A DNA stretch of 64,000 nt. Origin: an uncultured bacterium (lineage in GTDB: Bacteria > Pseudomonadota > Alphaproteobacteria > Rs-D84). The stretch spans positions 3,801 through 67,800 of the forward strand of contig CATNBF010000003.1 of assembly GCA_950096895.1 (NCBI GenBank). Reading direction: 5' to 3'. The notes under the pieces were generated by a model. It saw only the letters and a list, made by a program, of their open reading frames with translations, searched no databases and was not told where the DNA came from. Positions 19,888 to 29,013 of this stretch are shown piece after piece (within the stretch, counting starts at the first letter, position 1; every line of letters starts with the position of its first letter). Position numbers and translations under genes: made by a program.

Positions 19888-20427
19888 TCAGAAATCCCCC
19901 AAAGTCAATTGTTTTATCGTGTCGCAGGGATTTTCAAAGACAATCTCCCGTCCCCCCGCCGCACACCAATCGGCAATATTACCCGCCCGATCATCAATCA
20001 ATAAATCATTTGATGTGGGATGAATCAAATCTTCTTTGGCACCACGGACAACAATAACATGCGTATCGTCAAAATAATGCAGCATATGACGCGCAATCCA
20101 TGCGCGTTTTTCCCGGTCGATAAAATCAACATACGCATCGGACCCAACAAAATTTTTGGCCCCCGGCACCTTGGTCAAGACGTACAGTTCGCCGCGCTGG
20201 GCCGCCGTACGCAATAAGTCATCAATACCCGACATAACCGGCAAATCACGCCAGAAATGTGGCCGCTGCTCAATCATGCGCCACCGGGCCCGCTTGGCCG
20301 CGCGACCAGCATCGTCCATTTGTTTGGTCTGAAGATTTAAGTCAACCGACACCGGTGGCAAATCAACTGTTCCCTGATAAAAATCTGCCAAAACACCATC
20401 CATATCAAAAAATATTCTCATTGACAT
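19888..20427 (-). CDS. HAD-superfamily 5'(3')-deoxyribonucleotidase-like (NT5C-type) hydrolase
   Basis: N-terminal IFFDMDGVLADF is HAD motif I (DxDGVL). AAGGAG RBS. Located between rpsK and rpoA, where no gene is normally found. Confidence 0.55.
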   Translation of the reverse strand: MSMRIFFDMDGVLADFYQGTVDLPPVSVDLNLQTKQMDDAGRAAKRARWRMIEQRPHFWRDLPVMSGIDDLLRTAAQRGELYVLTKVPGAKNFVGSDAYVDFIDREKRAWIARHMLHYFDDTHVIVVRGAKEDLIHPTSNDLLIDDRAGNIADWCAAGGREIVFENPCDTIKQLTLGDF

Positions 20428-20701
20428 AGCCTGTCCACTCCTTTTTTTGCATTAAATAAACATTGAAAATATGGTATAAATGAAACGAAAAAGTAAGATA
20501 AATTCAATTGATGTTATATCACGTACGAACTTGTTGTGCAATCCAAATGTTTACCCTTTTGCGAACAATCCGATAAATAATAATAAATCCATATTGAACC
20601 TCAGATCGTGCCACGGGCCATACCATCGCACGGGCGATCACGTTTTCATAAAACGAGGCGAAAAAATACGTATATTATGGATCTGGGGGCCCGGATCATA
20701 A

Positions 20702-20731
20702 CAAAAAAATCCCGCCGGGGCGGGATTTTTC
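20702..20731 (-). terminator. rho-independent terminator downstream of P4 (AAAAAAATCCCGCC-gg-GGCGGGATTTTT)
   Basis: GC stem flanked by an A-tract and a T-tract, immediately 3' of the P4 stop (20732-20734). Confidence 0.6.
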
Positions 20732-23611
20732 CTACATCTTGATAACCTGGGTTTGGGTCTGGGGTTCTGAAAATTCTTTACAGACCACCCCTTGATACTC
20801 GGTCGATACGACCTTTTTCTTCTTTCTGAACAAACCACCGCGCTTTTTCGTCGTTGTCGTCTTCATCAAAGTTTCCAGGTTTTTACATTCCTTGGTCACG
20901 GTCGTGATGGTACATTCATTCTTGGCCGCATCGAACAATGCCGATTTGTTCACAGATCCGATCTGGGCCCCAGATTCTTCATCGGTCAAGATCCATTCAC
21001 CCTTGCCCGATGCCTGACTCTTGGCCATGTTTGACATACCAACCCCAGTAATCTTAATTTCTGTTGCACTCTTTGTCTCGCCTGCGCCATCCAAAGTAGA
21101 CAACAATTGATCCACCGCGCTAACTGTTGTCGTGTTTCCGTCTTTGTCTGTTACTTCTTCGGTATCATCTGCATTCATCGCCATCGCCGCACACATTACC
21201 GCTTTGGTTTCGCTGCTTTGATTTGCGACCGCTGCAGCATATAATTCATTGAATTTTTTGTCATAGTTTTGACGTGCCTGCTCTAAGATAGATTCAGCAA
21301 TCACATATTCATATGGCAACAGCAAGCTGGGGTATCTGCCTGTGCTGCGTTGCTTGTCCCCCAGGCTGATATTACGGACATCGCGCCCATTGACACACTC
21401 GTCAACATTGCGATCGTTTAATATCATGCTAAGTTTGCCATCTAACTCTCTTTGCATGGCATTGATCATACCTTCAATTCGATCCTTGACTCCCGCTTCA
21501 ACCGTCGCTGGGACTGTGTACGAGAACTTATAATTATATTGATAATCGTCCAATGCATCCCCCACATCTTCGGTGGTTCCATTGGTCGCGGTTGCATCAC
21601 CCGTTTTCTTATTAGTCTTTTTGATCTTGACAGCATTAAAATCAACCAATCCATCAATGATGTAATCGTTACCATCATGACGACCATCCAGGCTGGATGC
21701 GCCAACTGCGGTGGTTAATTCACAATAATCGATATCACCACAGATATCAATCATCCGATTATCGGCAAATTTTTCACATTGTGTTGCCATCTTGTTATCG
21801 ATTTCGTTAAATATCCCACGCAAGAACGAATTAATCTCTGCATCATCATAGCTGGCTTGTATACGTCCACTTGTACCATCTGCCTTTTGGCATCCCACCA
21901 GCTTGGCAACCGGACACATTTGTTTCAAATCATCCAGATCCATATTGAAACATGCCGAATAATCCGGACCACAACGATTTGGTGATTGCAAACAATTTCT
22001 CATATCATTGGCACATTCATCAACCCGCAACGACGCCAATTTATCGTCAACAAAATTCATAATTCCTGGGATTGCTGTTTCGCACTGATCAATCTGAACC
22101 TTGCAGGCACCACGGGCAATATTCGGGTCGGTCGCACATGCCGCCATTGTGGCGGCATCATCGGAACCAACCGAAGATTTACAGTGATCGTTAATACATT
22201 TCGTAATCATGGACAGACAGCTGTTACGCAAATTCGATTCTGCGATCAATTCCGCCGATTTAATCTGGGGTGCAATCATGCGCAAGAACGCATCAAACAC
22301 TTGGTCTTTGACATCTGTACATGAATTCAAGATCGTTTTACAGACAACAGATTTTGCCGCCAAATCACTGTACGTGTATGAAGAAATACCAATATTGGCC
22401 GCCATACCAGAAATCTGGTATTGGTTTAAGCTCTCGCCTTTTAGGCTCATCATCGCACTCATCCCGATACATCCTGAAAAATCAGTACCGCATTCGGCTT
22501 TATCTTGCATACATTCTTTGAACTTTAATGTACATTCACCCAAATCATATGCATTCGCAGAACGATACGATTCCAATGCCGCCGCACGCAGTTCTGTTTC
22601 CGCCGTTTGCAGTTTTTGAGCCGACGCATCACGCATCGTCTTTAACGAATTTTCATACGCCGCACAGTCACCTTTGATCTTTTGACCATACATTAACTGC
22701 AGCATATTGATTTCCGCCTTACACTCTGGCATCTGGGCCACGCATAAATCTGCCGCCGCCTTGTGCAGGGCATCGCCTGTTAAATTCGCAATATCATTCT
22801 TGGAATCATTCAAATCAAATATATCGAAATCATCATCGTCTTCGAACAGTGATTTCGTCCACGCCGATGTATGAGCCTTGTAGCCTTTGGATTTCTGGGG
22901 GGTTGTTATGTCTTTAATTTCAATGCTGTTTTCAACCTCTTTGGCGGCCTGGTTTGCCATTTTAATCGCCGCATCTGCATCAGAACCCATATTAATCCGT
23001 TCCACCCCCAGGGTTACCATCTGATACGATTGACGATCCAATTTTTCAATTTCTGCCAAAATCGCACTATAATCTTCGTTCTTATCACTGCACATACAGC
23101 GGCCACCACTGGCATTATCAATCATACAGAAAGAATCCATACAGCCTTCGTATTTTTGGCGACAATCCGTGCTGACCACTACATTTTCGGTCGCTGTGTT
23201 AATCTTGACCCCACTTTGAATAACCTTTTGTGTGGATGCGGCACGGGCCGACACGGTCGGTGCCTTGGCCGATCCAGCATTGGTATTTGCGGTATTTGTG
23301 CGGCTTGCACTGCGTGCCGAAACCGTTGACGTTGTTGCCCCAGAATTATTTCCCGCCGGTGCATTTGACCGCACCGCCGCCCGTGCCGAAACCGCAGACG
23401 TCCCGCCGCCCGTTGCCGGTGCAGATACGCGCGTCCGTGACGCCGCACGTGCCGCCACAGGGGCCGCCCCAGTATCCGATGACGACACATTATTTGCCGC
23501 CCCAGATGCCCCCGCACCACGCCGTTGAACCGGTGCAGCTGCGTCTGCAACCCCAGTAAATCCCATTAAAAATGCCGAAAATAATACAAGAGCTTTCATC
23601 TTTTTCCCCAT
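20732..23611 (-). CDS. secreted cysteine-rich protein, paralog family member P4 (959 aa)
   Basis: Signal peptide. About 120-aa A/S/R/T linker (SARAA/SARSA repeats). Motif CRQKYEGCMDSFCMIDNASGGRCMCSD. Long colinearity with P1. C-terminal GGLFRKKKK...CKEF...VIKM. Alternative start at ATG 23599 (MKALVLF) has a GGGGAAAAAG SD. Confidence 0.75.
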   Translation of the reverse strand: MGKKMKALVLFSAFLMGFTGVADAAAPVQRRGAGASGAANNVSSSDTGAAPVAARAASRTRVSAPATGGGTSAVSARAAVRSNAPAGNNSGATTSTVSARSASRTNTANTNAGSAKAPTVSARAASTQKVIQSGVKINTATENVVVSTDCRQKYEGCMDSFCMIDNASGGRCMCSDKNEDYSAILAEIEKLDRQSYQMVTLGVERINMGSDADAAIKMANQAAKEVENSIEIKDITTPQKSKGYKAHTSAWTKSLFEDDDDFDIFDLNDSKNDIANLTGDALHKAAADLCVAQMPECKAEINMLQLMYGQKIKGDCAAYENSLKTMRDASAQKLQTAETELRAAALESYRSANAYDLGECTLKFKECMQDKAECGTDFSGCIGMSAMMSLKGESLNQYQISGMAANIGISSYTYSDLAAKSVVCKTILNSCTDVKDQVFDAFLRMIAPQIKSAELIAESNLRNSCLSMITKCINDHCKSSVGSDDAATMAACATDPNIARGACKVQIDQCETAIPGIMNFVDDKLASLRVDECANDMRNCLQSPNRCGPDYSACFNMDLDDLKQMCPVAKLVGCQKADGTSGRIQASYDDAEINSFLRGIFNEIDNKMATQCEKFADNRMIDICGDIDYCELTTAVGASSLDGRHDGNDYIIDGLVDFNAVKIKKTNKKTGDATATNGTTEDVGDALDDYQYNYKFSYTVPATVEAGVKDRIEGMINAMQRELDGKLSMILNDRNVDECVNGRDVRNISLGDKQRSTGRYPSLLLPYEYVIAESILEQARQNYDKKFNELYAAAVANQSSETKAVMCAAMAMNADDTEEVTDKDGNTTTVSAVDQLLSTLDGAGETKSATEIKITGVGMSNMAKSQASGKGEWILTDEESGAQIGSVNKSALFDAAKNECTITTVTKECKNLETLMKTTTTKKRGGLFRKKKKVVSTEYQGVVCKEFSEPQTQTQVIKM

Positions 23612-23622
23612 TTATTTTTGAC

Positions 23623-23633
23623 ATTTTATCACA
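23623..23633 (-). promoter_or_regulatory. putative extended -10 promoter element (TGTGATAAAAT) for P4
   Basis: Minus-strand TGTGATAAAAT lies 12 nt upstream of the P4 ATG. The homologous cassettes at 27074-27084 and 3085-3093 read TGTGATATAAT and TGATATAGT. Confidence 0.35.
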
Positions 23634-23679
23634 TTTCAATAATTAAAGAAAATACTTTTTTACAATTTCATAATACATG

Positions 23680-23707
23680 TTGACAAATTTTATTTTTGAA
23701 TTACAAT
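23680..23707 (+). promoter_or_regulatory. putative promoter TTGACAAATTT-16-TACAAT (possibly leaderless) for gene 23715
   Basis: TTGACA 23680-23685 and TACAAT 23702-23707. ATG at 23715 sits at about the predicted TSS. About 80 bp of flanking sequence is homologous to 27048-27159. Confidence 0.4.
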
Positions 23708-23714
23708 TTAAGGT

Positions 23715-24527
23715 ATGAAACAGTCACCAAGACATCATTTCTATCGAACCGCACCGGCATATGTTATGACGAACGAAGACCTGCGTTGGGTCAACACAAT
23801 TGTCAACCCCCATGCCCAGCGGGTTTTAACCGTCGCGGCCAGCGGGGATCATCCCTTGTTCTATCAACTATTCGGGGCCACGCACGTTGACACATTTGAC
23901 ATTTCTTATTGCGCAAAATTAATCACAGATATCAAATGCGCCGCCATTCGTTCATTGGATTTATCACAATATTCACAATTGATATTCAATTTATTCAATG
24001 CCCCATGCGTCACCGAATTACCCCATATGACCGATACAATTATGCCGCAGCTGGGTTCACTGGCCCAAAAATTTATAAAAAAATACGATCGTTCTTATAT
24101 TTTTTCAAACGGTATTCAACCGGCATTATATTATAAAAACTTTCTGCCGACCCCGAATGAATACCAGAAATTGCAACAGATGAATATTAATTCTTTTCAT
24201 TTTATCAATACAGATATCCAGCTTTTGCATACACAATGCCCAAACAAATACGACATCATCAATCTATCCAATATCTTTGAATACATTCATGACACCAATA
24301 TCATCAAAGACACACTGTGTCATCTGGGACACCTGTTACACATGGGGGGCAAAATTATTGTCCACCAAACAGAAATATTAACAAACACCCAACAAAATAA
24401 TTATTATCACATCAGCCAGCAATTAGCCCCATGGGCCAGAATGGGCATCTATGTCAAAGATAAAACCAAAGACATATGCCAGCCAACCGCCATCATCTTA
24501 CAAAAAATTAACGAGATTATCCGATGA
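23715..24527 (+). CDS. putative class I SAM-dependent methyltransferase (270 aa)
   Basis: Weak Rossmann-fold MTase motifs: VLTVAASGDHP (motif I-like), VDTFDIS (acidic end of beta-2), YDIINLSNIFEYI (motif II), LLHMGGKIIV (motif III, LKPGG-like). Divergent from P4. Confidence 0.4.
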   Translation: MKQSPRHHFYRTAPAYVMTNEDLRWVNTIVNPHAQRVLTVAASGDHPLFYQLFGATHVDTFDISYCAKLITDIKCAAIRSLDLSQYSQLIFNLFNAPCVTELPHMTDTIMPQLGSLAQKFIKKYDRSYIFSNGIQPALYYKNFLPTPNEYQKLQQMNINSFHFINTDIQLLHTQCPNKYDIINLSNIFEYIHDTNIIKDTLCHLGHLLHMGGKIIVHQTEILTNTQQNNYYHISQQLAPWARMGIYVKDKTKDICQPTAIILQKINEIIR

Positions 24528-25090
24528 CACGCACCCCCTATTATCATATGTTATATATTGTCGACGAATACATGGGCTTTGCACCACATGGCCATATGGA
24601 CATGCAAAAGTTATATAGACTTGTTGGCAACTATTATTATCAAAACGCTTTAATCTTTAACTATGATTCAAATCGCTGGAATCACAATAAAGAATATATG
24701 GATTATGAACTTAATGATCTGTTGGATGATGTTACCCCCTATGTCATTAAAATGAAACTCGTCACTGAATCTGAACCATGGGCCCAGGGCAAAGATTTGG
24801 TTGGATTTGCCATCATGCCTATTGATGCCCAAAATTACCCCGGATACAGCAAAGGTTTAATAGGCCCTGTTGCCGATCCAGACGGAACCGCGATTGTTGG
24901 CAATGTCATCTGGCGCGATCGCAAGACACGGCGTCTGATCCCGATGTGCAACAAATGGACATGTGGTGACAGATATCAATTTCCCATCGAAACCATGAAC
25001 CTAGGAATCGCAGAATTCGCCGATACATTTAACCAGGTTGACCTGTTTCGTCAATGCGTGGCCCGAAATAATGGTATTAAACTTTATTAA
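24524..25090 (+). CDS. hypothetical protein (188 aa), translationally coupled to the upstream gene
   Basis: ATGA overlap with the stop of 23715-24527. No recognisable domain. Confidence 0.4.
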   Translation: MTRTPYYHMLYIVDEYMGFAPHGHMDMQKLYRLVGNYYYQNALIFNYDSNRWNHNKEYMDYELNDLLDDVTPYVIKMKLVTESEPWAQGKDLVGFAIMPIDAQNYPGYSKGLIGPVADPDGTAIVGNVIWRDRKTRRLIPMCNKWTCGDRYQFPIETMNLGIAEFADTFNQVDLFRQCVARNNGIKLY

Positions 25091-25121
25091 AAAAATCCCC
25101 ACATATGTGGGGATTTTTTTG
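25089..25121. terminator. bidirectional rho-independent terminator (AAAAAAATCCCCACA-ta-TGTGGGGATTTTTTT)
   Basis: Perfect 8-bp stem between the convergent genes 24524-25090 (+) and 25128-27047 (-). Confidence 0.65.
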
Positions 25122-25127
25122 GTGTCT

Positions 25128-27047
25128 TTATTGACAAATGCCATTTGACTTTGCCACCGGTTTGTTTTCGACACACTGGCTGCCGGATGCGACACAGGCC
25201 GCATCAACAATCGTTGTCGCCCCACTGGCATTCTTATAGCTGATTCTGGCGGACGCGCATTGATTCAAATCGGTCAATTTAGCGCACGCATTGTGCCATG
25301 AATCACAATCTGTGATTGCCACAATCGGGGCCGCCGTATCCGGCAGTTTTAGATTCCATTTCACATAGAAATCTTTCAAACTGTCGATCTTGTATGATTT
25401 ACCCATCGATACCTTGGCCAGACCATCACCCACATGGCAGCTGATGTTGTTGCGTTCAACAAAGGCCGTAATCGCAGTGGCCAATCCACCCGCACCGGCA
25501 CCAATCCCGGCACCCGTCAATGTCGATTCCAACATATTGGAATCATCACCATTTTCAAGATCGAATTCTTTCCAAACACCTTCCAGTTCCGACAGCTGAC
25601 GCCGCATTGTGGCCACATCGACACAATCATCACTGCCGTCTGCGGCATCACACATGGCCGCCCCGCCCCGAATTAATGCACGATTCAAGGAATGGAATCG
25701 ACATGTCGGATTACCCGCACCATCTGTTACACGGGTATCCGTGCTGGTCGATGTTGTGGTTCCATTTGCCACTGTAACTTCTATGGTATCTGTAACAGTA
25801 TATCCATTACCGCGATGACAGGCATCAACCGCTTCCTTGATATCAAAATATCTCTGATACAGATCTAAAATATCCTGGCACTGGCTGCTGGTGATATCAC
25901 CACCAACCAAGGAAATGCTGTCATTCAAATACTTATTCAAAATGGCCATCTTGCTACTTTTACGCAGCTGGTTTGTAAAGCTCTTTAATTGCTTATCATC
26001 ACTGCAATTAAATTCACGATCACCATGTCCGGCCCAGGCCCCAATACCGGCCCCAACAACCGCACCACCACCTACGCCAACAACCGCGGCACTACGTGTC
26101 TTGTTCATCAATGAAAATCCGAACAAATCTTTGTTACAAGAAAATGTGTCGCCGGCACTCTGCCATACTTCGGCTGGTTCATCATTGCCCAACGCGCCAA
26201 ACAACCATGTGTTCGAAATTTGTTTATCTTTGTTATAGGCCGCCACACGCACCAAACATGTTGCCGTTGTTGCATCCCAACGGGCATAATGCCCACGCGA
26301 CCCATCTACGGTATCATTGTCTGAATTAACCGCCACACCTTGGGGATTTTGCTTTTGCAAATCACCACCCATGGTATTATACGCCCCAACAACTTGGCCA
26401 TATTCGGTCGTTACGCTACCCGAATTGGAAACCGCGGCAAAAGACGTACCAAACGTATTTCTATCCAGTAACAAGCATGTATTTTCTGCCTGGTTCGGTG
26501 TTAAACCTGTCTTGCGCAAAACAAAGTTGTAATATTCCGGCTGAATCCGGCGGGAATTAAAGTCCGTCCAAACATCGGCCGACGACGCATAAACAGATGT
26601 ACAATTTTTACGCACATCGTTAACGCAACGATCCACCTGGATCGAACACAACCCCATTCCATTCATGATCGCGTTACGTAAATCTTCGTTAAACAAATCA
26701 TTCAAACCGCCTGGCAATGCACCACCATTAACACAGCCCAATAAATCATTCATACAATTTTCGATTGTATATTCAGAATCTGCCACACCACCATCGGCAC
26801 ACTTGGTATTGGGTTTTACCGCATTGTTTCCCGGATTGCTGGTTGAAATGTTGCCAATGCTCATCCCTGGCAAGGTCGGCATTGTCGGCATACGCGCAGA
26901 TGACGACGTCGGCATAACCCCAACGCGCCCCATGCGCCCAGTATTCGACGTTCCACGTGCCGGATCTGCCGCACATGCCGCCGTCACAATCGCAATTGCG
27001 CCCAGGCTGGATGCGGACGCGCCAAAGATTTTTAGCAGTTTATGCAT
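25128..27047 (-). CDS. secreted cysteine-rich protein with Gly-rich segments, distant paralog family member P5 (639 aa)
   Basis: Signal peptide MHKLLKIFGASASSLGAIAIVTAACA. S/T/P/G/M low-complexity linker. ENCMNDLLGC block (family motif variant). Gly-rich hydrophobic segments VVGVGGGAVVGAGIGAWAG and TGAGIGAGAGGLATAITAF similar to P0 and P2. Confidence 0.65.
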   Translation of the reverse strand: MHKLLKIFGASASSLGAIAIVTAACAADPARGTSNTGRMGRVGVMPTSSSARMPTMPTLPGMSIGNISTSNPGNNAVKPNTKCADGGVADSEYTIENCMNDLLGCVNGGALPGGLNDLFNEDLRNAIMNGMGLCSIQVDRCVNDVRKNCTSVYASSADVWTDFNSRRIQPEYYNFVLRKTGLTPNQAENTCLLLDRNTFGTSFAAVSNSGSVTTEYGQVVGAYNTMGGDLQKQNPQGVAVNSDNDTVDGSRGHYARWDATTATCLVRVAAYNKDKQISNTWLFGALGNDEPAEVWQSAGDTFSCNKDLFGFSLMNKTRSAAVVGVGGGAVVGAGIGAWAGHGDREFNCSDDKQLKSFTNQLRKSSKMAILNKYLNDSISLVGGDITSSQCQDILDLYQRYFDIKEAVDACHRGNGYTVTDTIEVTVANGTTTSTSTDTRVTDGAGNPTCRFHSLNRALIRGGAAMCDAADGSDDCVDVATMRRQLSELEGVWKEFDLENGDDSNMLESTLTGAGIGAGAGGLATAITAFVERNNISCHVGDGLAKVSMGKSYKIDSLKDFYVKWNLKLPDTAAPIVAITDCDSWHNACAKLTDLNQCASARISYKNASGATTIVDAACVASGSQCVENKPVAKSNGICQ

Positions 27048-27073
27048 AAAATACTCCCTTTACTATCCCTAGT

Positions 27074-27084
27074 ATTATATCACA
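27074..27084 (-). promoter_or_regulatory. putative extended -10 promoter (TGTGATATAAT) for P5
   Basis: Minus-strand TGtGATATAAT, 20 nt 5'UTR with GGGAG SD before the ATG at 27047. Confidence 0.4.
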
Positions 27085-27124
27085 AATTTTTATACAATAA
27101 AAATACTTTTTATGTTAATTTATA

Positions 27125-27153
27125 TTGACAAATTTACTTTTTTGTTTATATTT
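27125..27153 (+). promoter_or_regulatory. putative promoter TTGACAAATTT-17-ATATTT for gene 27160 (leaderless or near-leaderless)
   Basis: TTGACA at 27125-27130 lies inside the ORF-track start 27112, so that start is rejected. Cassette is homologous to 3145 and 23680. Confidence 0.4.
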
Positions 27154-27159
27154 ATTATT

Positions 27160-28173
27160 ATGATTAAAAGCCTGATCAAATTTTATACATCGCATCGATA
27201 TGCTGTTATTTGGACGGCATGCTATGTGACGATCATGTGGGTAATATTACGTGTTTTATTTGAATTCAACATGTTTTCATGGACGCACTGGCATATTTTA
27301 ATGCACGCGCATTTGCGTGGTTTCCCAGGATTTGTGTTTGGGATTTTAATGCTGGCGGCGTTACCGATGTATGTGGCGACAACCATGCTGATTGTGCGTA
27401 CGGGAAAACCGCTGATCCAGATTCCAAAGCCCAAGATACCGGCATTGATTAAAAAGCTGATCCCGGCGCAACAAAAGTCCGCCCCCACCGAGACCGACAC
27501 CCCAGCAGCCCCAACCGATCAATCGCCCCAGCCAGAACCGTCCCCAGAATTACCTGTGGGATTACCCAACGAACTGCATGCGGCCTTTATCCGGGCACGC
27601 AATAATCCGCCGTTTGAATTTCAACGTCCTGATGCGGCGCATACCCCGTCGGATACCAACGTCACCGCCCCCACAGACAACCAAATGGATCCAGACGGAT
27701 TACCATTGCCAATGGATTTTGGGTTCGAAGATTCCACCCCCACCCCATCAGATAGCTTTGTCCCGGCGGCATTGCCAACATTTACCAGCATTGATTTTGA
27801 TTCACCGGCCCCGGCATCGTCGGCCCCAATTGTGGTCGATACCCCCGCCCCTGATTCAGAATTGACCGATGTTATCAACCATATCCGATCCAGCAATCGT
27901 GACTTTACACTGGAAAATAATGTCATTTTGTGCGCCGACATGGCCATCGGGGCCCACACCAACCCAGAATTCTGGATCGCAGACGACGATGATTGGTTTG
28001 CCACTGGGCTGCAAAAACCGTCCCCTGTGGCCGCCGCCATACGCGCCGCCACCGCGCACGGGGTAACGCCGGTTATTTACCTGGGGGCCAAGAATATCAT
28101 GGATATCGATGGCCGCATCGCCGCATGGACCGCCAATGGGGTACGTGTTATTACCGACCTGGACCAGATATAA
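27160..28173 (+). CDS. hypothetical membrane protein with Pro/Thr/Asp-rich middle and conserved C-terminal domain (338 aa)
   Basis: Start uncertain: ATG 27160, 27235 or 27271. The true start is downstream of the promoter -35. TM helix FPGFVFGILMLAALPMYVATTML. Pro-rich IPKPKIPALIKKLIPAQQKSAPTETDTPAAPTDQSPQPEPSPELP. Globular C-terminal ~120 aa. Confidence 0.5.
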   Translation: MIKSLIKFYTSHRYAVIWTACYVTIMWVILRVLFEFNMFSWTHWHILMHAHLRGFPGFVFGILMLAALPMYVATTMLIVRTGKPLIQIPKPKIPALIKKLIPAQQKSAPTETDTPAAPTDQSPQPEPSPELPVGLPNELHAAFIRARNNPPFEFQRPDAAHTPSDTNVTAPTDNQMDPDGLPLPMDFGFEDSTPTPSDSFVPAALPTFTSIDFDSPAPASSAPIVVDTPAPDSELTDVINHIRSSNRDFTLENNVILCADMAIGAHTNPEFWIADDDDWFATGLQKPSPVAAAIRAATAHGVTPVIYLGAKNIMDIDGRIAAWTANGVRVITDLDQI

Positions 28174-28194
28174 CGGTATAAACCCGCATGCACG

Positions 28195-28953
28195 CTATTT
28201 ATTTTTCCTGATAAAATCTGCCACACAGCACCGATCCCAATTAATGCCTTGTTTAACCATACGGGCCGGTACGCCTGCAATAACAATATTGGGGGCATCA
28301 AACTGATGCGTGACCACACTGCGCGCGGCAACCACCGAATTATCCGGAATTACCGCCCCCTTTGAAATCAAGACATCTGTGGCGACCCAAACGTGATTGC
28401 CAATACGCACATCACAGTTGTGGTTCAAAACCTGGCCTGATTGACTATCAACAATTGTATGGTAATCCCCATTACGAATAGTAATGTTATAGGCAAACAT
28501 GCAATCTTCGCCGATAACAACATCCCCACCGCCACCGTGCGCCAATTCAATATGAACCACACCGGTCGAAGAAAAATTTTTATGAATAATCACATTTACC
28601 GGACAATCACACCCAAATTCCCCACGAAATATATTTAACAAGGCCCCACATGCATGTACTGGGTAAATCGTTATATTCGTATTACTTGAAACATTTATGC
28701 GCAAGCCTAAGCCAATCGGTTCATGTAAATAAACGTTATTATTTGTGCCCTTGAATAAAATTGTACATCCTGGAATTTTGGCCACTTCGTACCGGGTGCC
28801 ATCGGGCGCAATGCGAAATATATGATTCCCAGATGATACCGCACCCCCAGACGACGTAACCTGGTCACCGCCTCTAAACCTATGCCGGATACAATGACGC
28901 ATCGCCCGCGATGGTATAAAACAACAAACAATTCTTAATATAAATCCCGACAT
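28195..28953 (-). CDS. hexapeptide-repeat (left-handed beta-helix) acetyltransferase
   Basis: Tandem hexapeptide repeats (IGNHVWVATDVLISKGAVIPDNSVVAARSVV). Start moved to ATG 28953 (MSGFIL...) because the track start 28998 is embedded in a terminator-like hairpin. Confidence 0.6.
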   Translation of the reverse strand: MSGFILRIVCCFIPSRAMRHCIRHRFRGGDQVTSSGGAVSSGNHIFRIAPDGTRYEVAKIPGCTILFKGTNNNVYLHEPIGLGLRINVSSNTNITIYPVHACGALLNIFRGEFGCDCPVNVIIHKNFSSTGVVHIELAHGGGGDVVIGEDCMFAYNITIRNGDYHTIVDSQSGQVLNHNCDVRIGNHVWVATDVLISKGAVIPDNSVVAARSVVTHQFDAPNIVIAGVPARMVKQGINWDRCCVADFIRKNK

Positions 28954-28974
28954 TCCTGGTACCTCATATCCATA

Positions 28975-29013
28975 AAACAAAACCACCAAGACAATCATGG
29001 TGGTTGGGGTTTG
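28975..29013 (-). terminator. hairpin AACCACCA-n9-TGGTGGTT with a T-rich run on the minus strand (terminator-like)
   Basis: Perfect 8-bp stem. On the minus strand it is followed by TTTTGTTTTAT. Confidence 0.35.
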
